A DNA stretch of 16,292 nt from Pseudomonadota bacterium (GCA_031416315.1 JANOTL010000009.1:1-16292), one strand, 5' to 3'. Positions 1 through 8,253 are shown, counted from the stretch's first letter. Translations and numbers: made by a program. Notes: generated by a model from the letters alone, not told the origin.

Positions 1-2
1 CG

Positions 3-89
3 GCCAAAGAAGATACGTATCAGCTCAACGTCCAGTTCTTCCGGCTCACGGACGGTCTGTCTAAGGCGATGGTGCCAGCGGTAACGTGA
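3..89 (+). CDS. 3' end of a TIGR02147/DUF4423-like protein (5'-partial)
   Basis: Hand translation AKEDTYQLNVQFFRLTDGLSKAMVPAVT* with TGA at 87-89. YQLNVQFFRLT resembles the YQLNxQLFPLT C-terminal motif of this family. Only 28 codons are visible. Confidence 0.6.
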   Translation, partial: AKEDTYQLNVQFFRLTDGLSKAMVPAVT

Positions 90-181
90 AGCACGCGACC
101 GTGCCAGCCGCCGTCACCCTTCCGGCAATGGCCTAGGCGATCCTCGCTACGACCCAGGAGGCGGCGGAGCCGCAAGAAACG

Positions 182-211
182 TTGATTTACCGGGGATGCC
201 TCGGTTAACGT
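182..211 (+). promoter_or_regulatory. Putative sigma70 promoter, likely giving a leaderless mRNA
   Basis: TTGATT (182-187), 18 bp spacer, TAACGT (206-211), then 7 nt to ATG 219. No Shine-Dalgarno sequence. Confidence 0.5.
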
Positions 212-218
212 CTTGACC

Positions 219-884
219 ATGAAACACCACCCCAGCTGGCCAAGATTCGTGATCGCCTTCGCGGCGATCGTGATCGTCGATCTCGGTGTCTCGAGCCTCG
301 CCCGCGCCGAGCCACAGGGCTTCCGCGGCAAGTACGCGGTCAAGACGGCCTTCACGGACGGCCCGCGCGTTGTCGACGGCAAGGTGACGACGCGCGGCGC
401 GAAGCTCCGCATCGACTACGCGGACAAGTCCCTCGGCGTCCTGATCCTAGACCTAGCGCAGAAGACCGGATTCGTCCTCTTCGAGGATGCGAAGCGCTAT
501 CAAGAGGTCGACCTGGAGAAGATGGGCTCGCCGCTGCCGATCTGCCCCGGGAAGAGCGCGCCCGCCTGTCTGAAGGGCGAAGGCTTCGTGCAAGCCGAAG
601 GCGAGCTGATCGACGGGCAAAAGGCCGAGCGCTGGGAGGCGACGAAGGCGAAGGACGGGGACGGGCGCCCGCTTCAGCTCACGGTTTGGATCCTGCCCGG
701 CATGCCGGACCTGCCGTACGTGCGGCTGCGCACAAAGGACGCGAGCGGCGTCGTCAATGTGCACGAGATCACCGAGCTGAGCAAAGTGGATGCGCCCGGA
801 GAGCTGTTCCAGCTTCCGAGTGGATACACGAAACCCGGTGATCCTGTGGGAACCCCGGCCGCGGCGGCTGCGGCCAAAGAGTAG
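219..884 (+). CDS. Secreted protein, DUF4412-like
   Basis: ATG 219 preferred over TTG 213. Signal peptide ending ARA. Motifs KLRID, LILDL..K.GFVL...K.Y, GELIDG..AERW and the C-terminal ELFQLPSGY are typical of DUF4412/LolA-like proteins. Confidence 0.6.
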   Translation: MKHHPSWPRFVIAFAAIVIVDLGVSSLARAEPQGFRGKYAVKTAFTDGPRVVDGKVTTRGAKLRIDYADKSLGVLILDLAQKTGFVLFEDAKRYQEVDLEKMGSPLPICPGKSAPACLKGEGFVQAEGELIDGQKAERWEATKAKDGDGRPLQLTVWILPGMPDLPYVRLRTKDASGVVNVHEITELSKVDAPGELFQLPSGYTKPGDPVGTPAAAAAAKE

Positions 885-900
885 GCGATGGCGGGGAGCT

Positions 901-1395
901 TTAGCCGGCGCGCTTGGCGGGCGTCGTCGGCTCGGTGTTGAACTTGGCGCCGTGGTAGCGCTTCACGAAAGCCTCGAGGACCGCGCGCTGCTCGGTCGAG
1001 AAACCCGTGAACTGCACGCCCATGCCCGGCGTCAGGTCCTTGCGGTCGGCGACCGGCGCCTGCACCCAGATCACCTTGCCTTTCGTGATCAAGGTCTCCT
1101 TGCTGTCCGGGATCGTGAAGGTCAGATCCAGGCTCGCGCCCGCCGTCAGGGGCTTCGTCGTCTGGATGAAGACGCCGCCCGAGCCGAGGTCCTTGCAGAA
1201 GTCGAAGAGGTAGTGACCGTCGGCCTTGTAGTCGACGAGCAGCTGGATCGGCACGCGGTTCTCTTTGCGATCCTCCTCGCTTGTTGCCTTCGTGCCCTTA
1301 GATCCGGTGACCTCACGACGCGCGCGGCCGGTCGCGCTCGTCGGTGTGGAAGTGGTCGCCGTCTTGCCTTTGCCGCCGCTCTTCTTCGCCGCCAT
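901..1395 (-). CDS. PilZ-domain protein (TIGR02266-like)
   Basis: RKENR (RxxxR), DLGSGGVFI, KGKVIWV and GMGVQF. ATG 1395 is preceded by AAGGAG and lies 1 nt after the mltG stop. Confidence 0.85.
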   Translation of the reverse strand: MAAKKSGGKGKTATTSTPTSATGRARREVTGSKGTKATSEEDRKENRVPIQLLVDYKADGHYLFDFCKDLGSGGVFIQTTKPLTAGASLDLTFTIPDSKETLITKGKVIWVQAPVADRKDLTPGMGVQFTGFSTEQRAVLEAFVKRYHGAKFNTEPTTPAKRAG

Positions 1396-1396
1396 C

Positions 1397-2446
1397 TCAG
1401 TGCTCCTTCTTGTCCTTCTTCGTATCCCTTTTCGTCGCATTCACGAGATTTTTAACGTGCTGCGTATGCTCTTTGAGCGTCTTCGAGAAGTGGTGCTGCA
1501 CCGTTCCCGGAATGAGGACGTAATAATAGAAGCCCCGATTCGAGGGCGTCAGCACGGCGGCGAGCGACTTCGCCGACGGCGCGCCGATCGCGGTCGGCGG
1601 CAGGCCCTTGTGAATGCGGGTATTGTACGGGTTTTTCGCGTTTTTCAGATCCGCCCACTTGAGATCGCCGTCGTAGTCGTCGATGCCGTAAGGGATGGTC
1701 GCGTCGATCCCGAGGGGGACATTGTCCTTCAGACGGCGCCAGATGACTTCGGAGACGAACGGACGCTCGTCGTCGGTCTGCGTCTCGCGCTCGATCAAGG
1801 AGGCGAAGGTCACGGCCTGGTCCAAGGTGAGTCCCTTCGCCTTGACCGCGCGCTCGTAGCCTTCCGGCAGGTGCGCCCAGAACTGCTTCACCATGTCGGT
1901 GAACGCCACGGCCGCCGTCGGAAACTGCGTGTAGTTGTACGTCGCCGGGTAAAGGTAGCCCTCGAGGGTCTTCGCCGGCACGTTTTGCGCGTCGAGAAAG
2001 CCGCGATCGGAGGCGATGCGGTTGATCTCGACGATGTGGCCGACCTTGTTCGCCGCGAGGCGCTCGATCACCTGCTTCAGCATGAAGCCTTCGGGGATCG
2101 TGATGCTGAGGACGATCGGCGCGTACGTCTCGCCCTTCAGGATCTTCTCGACGACGTCCTTCGGCGCGACCTTGCCTTCGAAGCGGTACGTGCCGGCTTG
2201 AAAACGGCGATAGCTCCCGGTCGTGCGCACCCAGGCTTGGAACATGATCGAGTCGGAGATCACGCCTTCGTCCTCGAGGCTCATCGCGAGCCGCGGCAAG
2301 GTCGTTCCAGCCGGGAAGTCGACGATCTTCTCGGCCGTCAAAGACTCAGTCTCGCCCGCCCACTGCGCGAGCTTGACCCAAAGCCCGGCTGCGGCCGCGC
2401 CCAGGCAGAGCGCCAGGACGGCGAGAATTTTCAGGAGTCGCGTCAT
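1397..2446 (-). CDS. mltG: Endolytic transglycosylase MltG (YceG family)
   Basis: N-terminal TM helix, AGTY, ITIPEG, LEGYLYPATY, ASLIERE (catalytic Glu), NPYNT...GLPPTAI and HHFSKTLKEH. Confidence 0.95.
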   Translation of the reverse strand: MTRLLKILAVLALCLGAAAAGLWVKLAQWAGETESLTAEKIVDFPAGTTLPRLAMSLEDEGVISDSIMFQAWVRTTGSYRRFQAGTYRFEGKVAPKDVVEKILKGETYAPIVLSITIPEGFMLKQVIERLAANKVGHIVEINRIASDRGFLDAQNVPAKTLEGYLYPATYNYTQFPTAAVAFTDMVKQFWAHLPEGYERAVKAKGLTLDQAVTFASLIERETQTDDERPFVSEVIWRRLKDNVPLGIDATIPYGIDDYDGDLKWADLKNAKNPYNTRIHKGLPPTAIGAPSAKSLAAVLTPSNRGFYYYVLIPGTVQHHFSKTLKEHTQHVKNLVNATKRDTKKDKKEH

Positions 2447-2452
2447 GCATCC

Positions 2453-2461
2453 AGAATATCA
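2453..2461 (-). promoter_or_regulatory. Extended -10 element for a leaderless mltG transcript
   Basis: Minus strand reads TGaTATTCT-ggatgc-ATG, placing the -10 hexamer 6 nt from the start codon. No SD. Confidence 0.55.
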
Positions 2462-2472
2462 CGGGCAGAAGC

Positions 2473-2492
2473 CCCCCCTGGCGCCAGGGGGG
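2473..2492. repeat. Perfect 20-bp palindrome
   Basis: CCCCCCTGGCGCCAGGGGGG equals its own reverse complement. Confidence 0.85.
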
Positions 2493-2599
2493 CGGGCAAC
2501 AGGTGAAGTTTACGAGAGTCCTTTCGCCTATCTGCGATTTAGCCTAAACCTCGGGTGCGCTGCCGACGATAGTCGAGGCACACGCGGAGGTCCTGCACC

Positions 2600-2827
2600 A
2601 TGTCCCATCTCGTCATGCTCGAAACCTTTGAAACGAATGAAAAAGCGCGTCCGATGCTGGAAGACCTGAAGCGGGCCGGCTTCGACGCCCGCCTCGCGGT
2701 CGACCCCATGGAAGGCAACTCCTCGCATGCCGCATTTTCCGGCGTCGCCGTGATGGTCCCCTCGGACCAAGTGGCGAAAGCACGCACCGTCTTCACCCCG
2801 CGCCAGGGTCTCCGCAAGGCCAGCTAA
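2600..2827 (+). CDS. Small hypothetical protein, DUF2007-like
   Basis: GGAGG upstream of ATG. The pattern V.L.TF....A......L..AG.........V.V...Q...AR resembles DUF2007. Confidence 0.6.
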   Translation: MSHLVMLETFETNEKARPMLEDLKRAGFDARLAVDPMEGNSSHAAFSGVAVMVPSDQVAKARTVFTPRQGLRKAS

Positions 2828-2858
2828 GCCTGGTCATTCATGATTCTTCAATAGAATC

Positions 2859-2887
2859 TTGACATTTCTATTTAAAAAGCCCATACT
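2859..2887 (+). promoter_or_regulatory. Sigma70 promoter for mnmA-rnc-der
   Basis: Perfect TTGACA (2859-2864), 17 bp spacer and CATACT (2882-2887) in an AT-rich patch. ATG at 2898. Confidence 0.75.
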
Positions 2888-2897
2888 TCGCGTCCTT

Positions 2898-4094
2898 ATG
2901 GGCAATAAACCACGCATCGTTATGGCCATGTCCGGCGGCGTCGACAGCTGCGTCGCTGCCGCCCTGCTTAAAGAGCAGGGCTACGACGTCGTCGGCATCA
3001 CGATGCAGCTGTGGAATCACGCGTCGCACGATGACGGCGGGGAAGGGCGCTTCGACAGCTGCTGCTCCCTCACCGACGTCCACGACGCGCGGCTCGCGGC
3101 CCATAATCTCGGCATCCCGCACTACGTCGTGAACTACGAAAAAGAGTTCAAGACCGGCGTCGTCGACTATTTCGCCAAGGAATACCAGAACGGCCGCACG
3201 CCGAATCCTTGCGTGATGTGTAACAGCAAGCTGAAGTTCGACCATCTCGTGGACCGCGCCTTGGCGCTCGGCGCCGACCGTGTCGCCACCGGCCACTACG
3301 CCCGCCTCGAGCATCCCGAGGGCGGCCGTCCGGAGCTGCGCACCGGCGCTGACCGCAACAAGGACCAGAGCTACTTCCTCTTCGACGTGAAGCCGGAGTA
3401 CCTCGAGCGGGCGATGTTCCCACTCGGCGGCATGACCAAGCCGGAAGTGCGCGAGATCGCGCGCCGCCACGGCATCCATACCGCCACCAAGCACGAATCG
3501 CAGGAGATCTGCTTCGTCACGGGTAAGCGCTACTCGGACTTCCTCGAGCAGCACTACGGCGACATGATGAAAGATCTCGACGGCGAGGTCGTCGACGTGA
3601 GCGGCAAGGTGCTCGGCCGCCATGCCGGCATCCACCTCTACACGGTCGGCCAGCGCAAGGGTCTCGGCGACATCCATTCGGCTACGCCGAAATACGTGAA
3701 GTCGATCGACCGCCAGACGCGCCGCATCGTCGTCGACGACCTCGAGAACCTGGCAATCGGCCAGTTCACGGTCGACCGCGTCAACTGGCTCGTCCCCGAG
3801 GATGAGATCCAGGAAGACCGGATCGTGCAAGTGATGGTTCGTTACCGCGCGCGACCGGCAGCGTGCCGCGTGCGGCGTTTGGAAGGTGGCTCCGTGAGCG
3901 TCATGCTCGCCGAGCCGATCAAGTGGGTGACCCCTGGGCAGGCGGCCGTCTTCTACGAAGGCGACGCCGAGCGCGGGGACCGAGTTTTGGGTGGTGGCTT
4001 CATTGGCAGCCGAGAATCAGACCGACCCGCAGCTACGCAAAGCGGCTTACGCTCGCTTGGCGCAGGGGCACAAGAGGGCGTTCGCGCGCCTTGA
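2898..4094 (+). CDS. mnmA: tRNA U34 2-thiouridylase MnmA
   Basis: AMSGGVDS PP-loop, TPNPCVMCN, ATGHYA, KDQSYFL, ESQEICF, YTVGQRKGL, TPGQAAVFY and LGGGFI. Start moved to ATG 2898 because the track's TTG 2859 is the -35 box. Confidence 0.97.
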   Translation: MGNKPRIVMAMSGGVDSCVAAALLKEQGYDVVGITMQLWNHASHDDGGEGRFDSCCSLTDVHDARLAAHNLGIPHYVVNYEKEFKTGVVDYFAKEYQNGRTPNPCVMCNSKLKFDHLVDRALALGADRVATGHYARLEHPEGGRPELRTGADRNKDQSYFLFDVKPEYLERAMFPLGGMTKPEVREIARRHGIHTATKHESQEICFVTGKRYSDFLEQHYGDMMKDLDGEVVDVSGKVLGRHAGIHLYTVGQRKGLGDIHSATPKYVKSIDRQTRRIVVDDLENLAIGQFTVDRVNWLVPEDEIQEDRIVQVMVRYRARPAACRVRRLEGGSVSVMLAEPIKWVTPGQAAVFYEGDAERGDRVLGGGFIGSRESDRPAATQSGLRSLGAGAQEGVRAP

Positions 4095-4836
4095 CGAGCT
4101 CGAGCGCAGGCTCGGCTACGTCTTCCGCGACCGGGAGCTTCTTTTCGAAGCGCTCACGCACCGCTCTGCCCTGATGGAATTCTCCGCCGAGCAGGATCCG
4201 GACTTGGCCGATCTGCCATGGAACGAGCGCCTCGAGTTCCTCGGCGACGCCGTCCTCGGCCTTTCGGTCGCGGCGCGCCTCATGGTCCGCGCCGAGCAGT
4301 TCAGCGAGGGCGAGCTCTCCCGCCTGCGCGCCTCGCTCGTGAACGAAGAGTCCCTGGCGCGCGTCGCCAAGGTCGTCGACCTCGGCACTTGCCTGGCCAT
4401 GGGCCGCGGCGCGGCACAGGGGGGCGGCCGCGAGCGCGCCTCGATCTTGGCGGACGCCATGGAGGCCGTCATCGGCGCCGTTTTCTCGGACGCCGGCTTC
4501 GCCGCGGCCGACGCCCTCGTCGAGCGCCTCTTCGCCGAGGTCTTCCCCGAGCTCTCCAACGCTTCCGAGGCCGAGCTCTCTGCGCTTCGCTCGCCAGACT
4601 ACAAGACGATGCTGCAAGAGCTCATGCAGGAAGCGATGAAGATCACCCCCACCTACGACATGGTCTCGTCCTCGGGACCGGACCACGAAAAACGCTTCGA
4701 GGTGCGGGTCATGGTCGGCGAGCGCGAGCTCGGCCGCGGCGGAGGCGCGAGCAAGAAGCGCGCCTCCCAGGAAGCGGCGCGCGTTGCGCTGGCTCGTCTC
4801 ACTCTAGAACCCCCCCCGCAGGAGTCCGCGCCATGA
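4003..4836 (+). CDS. rnc: Ribonuclease III
   Basis: ALTHRS, NERLEFLGDAVL signature, DAMEAVIGA and C-terminal dsRBD (DYKTMLQE...GPDH...SKKRASQEAA). Start is uncertain: GTG 3991/3994, TTG 4003 or TTG 4057. Confidence 0.95.
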   Translation: MAAENQTDPQLRKAAYARLAQGHKRAFARLDELERRLGYVFRDRELLFEALTHRSALMEFSAEQDPDLADLPWNERLEFLGDAVLGLSVAARLMVRAEQFSEGELSRLRASLVNEESLARVAKVVDLGTCLAMGRGAAQGGGRERASILADAMEAVIGAVFSDAGFAAADALVERLFAEVFPELSNASEAELSALRSPDYKTMLQELMQEAMKITPTYDMVSSSGPDHEKRFEVRVMVGERELGRGGGASKKRASQEAARVALARLTLEPPPQESAP

Positions 4837-6332
4837 TCGACGGCATCGTCGCCATCGTAGGTCGCCCGAACGTCGGCAAGTCCACGCTCTTCAACCGTCT
4901 CACGCGGAGCGAAGGCGCCATCGTCGACGACCAGCCCGGCGTCACGCGAGACCGCATTTACGGCTCAGTCTGGCTCGACGACGAGCACGCGGAAGGTTTC
5001 GCGCTGATCGACACCGGCGGCTTCGAGAAGGACGACTTCAAGTTCCAGCCGTTCACCGAGAACCTCGTCTGGCAGCAGACTGAGCAAGCGGTGAAGGAAG
5101 CGGACCTGGTCCTCCTTCTCCTCGACGGCAAGGACGGCGTGCATCCGCACGACCACGAGCTGGTGCGCTTCCTCGAGCGCAACAACAAGAAGTGGATCGG
5201 CGTCGTGAACAAGATCGACGGCTCCGAGTATTCCAGCGCCTTGCTCGAGTTCTACGAGCTCGGCATCGACCACGAGCTGGAGAAGATCTCGGCGGCGCAC
5301 AATCGCGGCGTCATCGACCTCAAGGACAAGATCCACGCCCGCTTGAAGGAGCTGGGCTGTGACCGGACCGAGGACCCCTCGGGCGGCACCAAGGTCGCCA
5401 TCGTCGGCCGCCCGAACGCCGGCAAATCCTCGATCTTGAACCGGATCGCCGGCGAAGAGCGCGCCGTCGTCTCGGAGATTGCCGGCACGACGCGCGACGT
5501 GGTCGACACGCCGCTCAACTACCACGGCCGCAAGTTCACCTTGATCGACACGGCCGGCATCCGCCGCAAGTCGAAGATCCATGACCGCCTCGAGTCGATG
5601 AGCGTCATCCGCTCGATCCGCGCCATCGACCGCGCCGACGTCGTCCTCCTCGTCCTGGATGCGATCGCCGGCCTGACCGAGCAGGACATGCGCCTCGCGC
5701 AGCTTTGCGTCGAGCGCTGGCGCCCGCTGCTCATCGTGGTCAACAAGTGGGACCTGGTGCCGGACAAAGAGACGAACACGGCGAAGCAGTACACGGCGAA
5801 CATCCACCGCGTTCTGAAAACGGCGGCGTTCGCGCCGGTGATCTTCGTATCGTGCCTTTCGAACCAACGCGTCCACAAGCTGATCCAGGCCGCGGCCGAG
5901 CTCGTCGACGAGTCGGCCAAGCGCGTCCCGACCGCCGCGGTCAACGCCGCTCTGCGCAAGATGGTGGCGGAGCACACGCCGGCTCTGATCAAAGGCAAGA
6001 CCAAGCGCATCAAGTTCTACTTCGGCACGCAGGTCGCCGCGAACCCGCCGACCATCGTCGTCAAGTCGAACGTCTACAACGAGATCCAGGAAGCCTACAT
6101 CCGGTACATGCACCACAGGTTCCGGGAGTATCTGGGCTTCGAGCAGATCCCGATTCGCCTCATCTTCCGACCGAAGAACGCCGAGCGCCTCTCCGGCGAG
6201 CGCGACGATCTCCCGGACGAGCTGGACGACCTGGCGCCGATCGAGGTCGAGGCGACCGACAAGGACTTCGTCCCGGGCGAATACGACATGCCGGCTCCGG
6301 GCAGCTATATGGAAGAGGGCGCTCCGAGCTAA
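4833..6332 (+). CDS. der: Ribosome biogenesis GTPase Der (EngA)
   Basis: Two G domains (GRPNVGKS/DTGG/NKID and GRPNAGKS/DTAG/NKWD) plus a KH-like C-domain. ATGA overlap with the rnc stop. Confidence 0.97.
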   Translation: MIDGIVAIVGRPNVGKSTLFNRLTRSEGAIVDDQPGVTRDRIYGSVWLDDEHAEGFALIDTGGFEKDDFKFQPFTENLVWQQTEQAVKEADLVLLLLDGKDGVHPHDHELVRFLERNNKKWIGVVNKIDGSEYSSALLEFYELGIDHELEKISAAHNRGVIDLKDKIHARLKELGCDRTEDPSGGTKVAIVGRPNAGKSSILNRIAGEERAVVSEIAGTTRDVVDTPLNYHGRKFTLIDTAGIRRKSKIHDRLESMSVIRSIRAIDRADVVLLVLDAIAGLTEQDMRLAQLCVERWRPLLIVVNKWDLVPDKETNTAKQYTANIHRVLKTAAFAPVIFVSCLSNQRVHKLIQAAAELVDESAKRVPTAAVNAALRKMVAEHTPALIKGKTKRIKFYFGTQVAANPPTIVVKSNVYNEIQEAYIRYMHHRFREYLGFEQIPIRLIFRPKNAERLSGERDDLPDELDDLAPIEVEATDKDFVPGEYDMPAPGSYMEEGAPS

Positions 6333-6341
6333 GATTGAAGG

Positions 6342-7133
6342 ATGGCCTTCGATCCCGGCGAGCTGCGGCACCTCTACACCCCCGAAAACGTCGCGCTGGC
6401 GCTCCGCTGGGAGAGCCTCGCGGCTCTCTTCGTCGCGAGCTTCTTCGGCGGCGCTCTCATTTATCTGAGCCGCTGCGGCCTCCTCTACTGGCTCTTCTAC
6501 GAGAGAAAGCGCGAAGCTTGGGCCTTCGCCAAGATCCAGGCGGCGTGGCCGACGCGGCAGCAGTTGCGGCTGGAGATCGGCTGGTCCCTCTCCTCATGCC
6601 TCGTCTACGCGGCGATGACCGTGGCGCTCATCGTCGCGGCGCTGAAGGGGTGGACGCGCCTCTACCTGAATTTCTCCGACCGCGGCTGGCCCTGGTTCAT
6701 GGCCTGCATCTTACTCATGTTGCTGGTCCACGACGCGTACTTCTACTTCTCGCACCGCCTGTCGCACCGCGTCCGCTGGCTCTTTCGGCGGGTGCACCTC
6801 GTTCATCACAAGACGACGAACCCCACGCCCTTCGCCGACATCATGTTCCACCCGATCGACGCCGTGATCCATGCCGGCTTCGTCCCGCTCTTCCTCTTCA
6901 CCATCCCGCTGCATCCCGCGGCCTTCGGTCTCTTCATGACGCTGGTCACTGCCGTGAACGCGATCGGCCACGTCGGCTACGAGCTCTTTCCGGAGCGCTG
7001 GCGCCACCACTGGTTCTGGCGCCACGTCGCGAGGGCGGAGGGGCACAACTTGCACCACTCGAAGATTCACGGGAATTACGGGCTGTACTTCAGGTTTTGG
7101 GATCGGTACTGCGGCACCGAAGTCCGCGAATAG
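6342..7133 (+). CDS. Sterol desaturase / fatty acid hydroxylase family protein
   Basis: His boxes HRLSH, HLVHH and HNLHH, plus DAYFYFSH, GNYG...FWDR..GT and hydrophobic TM segments. Confidence 0.9.
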   Translation: MAFDPGELRHLYTPENVALALRWESLAALFVASFFGGALIYLSRCGLLYWLFYERKREAWAFAKIQAAWPTRQQLRLEIGWSLSSCLVYAAMTVALIVAALKGWTRLYLNFSDRGWPWFMACILLMLLVHDAYFYFSHRLSHRVRWLFRRVHLVHHKTTNPTPFADIMFHPIDAVIHAGFVPLFLFTIPLHPAAFGLFMTLVTAVNAIGHVGYELFPERWRHHWFWRHVARAEGHNLHHSKIHGNYGLYFRFWDRYCGTEVRE

Positions 7134-7144
7134 TCCCCTGCCTG

Positions 7145-7489
7145 CTAGGCGTTGACGATCAAAGGCCGCAAAGCCTCTTCCCTCGCCATCCAAGCATCCG
7201 CCAGCTCCGCCGCCAACCCCAACTCATCCAGCACCTCGCGCATCAGCACCTGCCGCCGCCCAAAGTGCGGTCCGCGGATCGCCAACCCTCGATGCGCCGC
7301 CGCCAGGGGCTTTCCCCGGTACTTCACTGGCCCGCCTAACATGGCACCGGCAAAGTCGACCTGCTGCCGCGTGATCTCCTCGCGGTCCTTGCCGAAGAAG
7401 AAATGCGCCAGGATCCCGTCCTCGAACGCCAGCACGTAAAAGCGGGCGATCGCGCGCTGGACGAAGTCCGCGCCGATCGCCTCGTACAA
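7145..7489 (-). CDS. Group I truncated hemoglobin
   Basis: LYEAIG, RFY (Tyr B10), LAHFF, QVDF, LGGPVKYRG, proximal His in AAAH, and I...HF. Start is uncertain: TTG 7489, or GTG 7552 inside the upstream gene. Confidence 0.85.
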   Translation of the reverse strand: MYEAIGADFVQRAIARFYVLAFEDGILAHFFFGKDREEITRQQVDFAGAMLGGPVKYRGKPLAAAHRGLAIRGPHFGRRQVLMREVLDELGLAAELADAWMAREEALRPLIVNA

Positions 7490-7514
7490 ACTGGTTTCTC
7501 TAGGTTGGTGCGAC

Positions 7515-8195
7515 TTACTTGGCGTAATGAGCGATTCCGAAGAGGATTTCACGCTTCTGCGTCTGCGAGCGCTTGGCGCCGAGCTCTGCGCCCTTTTCCA
7601 GGTCTCTCAGCTGGACCATACGAACCTGGTAGGCCGCGGTAAAGTAGAATCCCGCGCCCATCTGCAGCTCGATGCCGCCCGCGGCGTGGTAGCCCGGGCC
7701 GACGCCTCGGACTTCGTACTCGTCGCGCTCGCCGGTGAACTCGCCGCCGCCGATGTTGTGCTTGGTCTCGCTCACGACCTTCAGGCGCTCTTCGTAGATG
7801 CCGCCAGCGCCCTCGAAGAAGAAGACGCCGCCGAAGTTGTAGCGCACGAAGAGCGACAGGCCGCGGCTCGACAGGTGCGAGTTCCGGTTGGTGATCATCG
7901 TGCCGTCCGCGAGCGCCTCTTCCGTCGCCGTGTCCTTGTTCTCCGCCGAGAAGGTCAGGCCGAGGTTGAGGTCGTCGAAGGCGTAACCAAGGTAAGGATT
8001 GATCGCCTGCGAGTTGCTGGTGAACTTGGTGTTGCGGTCGGAGCCCTTACCGGCGTGCGTGCGCTCGTTGGTGTCGAGGACGCGGACCGAGGTCCCAAAG
8101 TTGACGCCGTTTCGGTTGGCGCGCCGGGCTTCCGCCGGGCTAGCGAAGGTGGCTGCCGCTACTGCTACTGCAATGAGGTACAACGCCGTTTTCAT
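7515..8195 (-). CDS. Outer-membrane beta-barrel protein
   Basis: Signal peptide (AEA), alternating beta-strands (INPYLGYAF, LSLFVRYNF, FFFEGAGG, FYFTAAYQ), terminal strand ILFGIAHY, and GGAG SD. Confidence 0.75.
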   Translation of the reverse strand: MKTALYLIAVAVAAATFASPAEARRANRNGVNFGTSVRVLDTNERTHAGKGSDRNTKFTSNSQAINPYLGYAFDDLNLGLTFSAENKDTATEEALADGTMITNRNSHLSSRGLSLFVRYNFGGVFFFEGAGGIYEERLKVVSETKHNIGGGEFTGERDEYEVRGVGPGYHAAGGIELQMGAGFYFTAAYQVRMVQLRDLEKGAELGAKRSQTQKREILFGIAHYAK

Positions 8196-8253
8196 CGCGG
8201 GCTCCGTTCCAATTCAACAGGTGCAACATTTGGTGAGTTCTGCCTTTGTGAGA

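Noticed and set aside
90..180. Possible structured RNA or minus-strand sigma54 site (TGGCACGGTCGCGTGCT)
   Set aside because: GG-GC spacing is 1 nt too long for sigma54. The stems are short GC-rich pairings that match no riboswitch or tRNA pattern I recognise.
2545..2569. Third sigma28-like promoter, TAAA-N13-GCCGACGA, before the DUF2007-like gene
   Set aside because: The spacer is shorter than the consensus and than the other two sites. Not supportable.
4218..4832. 205-aa Arg-rich N-terminal extension on Der
   Set aside because: It is an alternate frame of rnc. Der homology begins at ATG 4833 with ATGA coupling.
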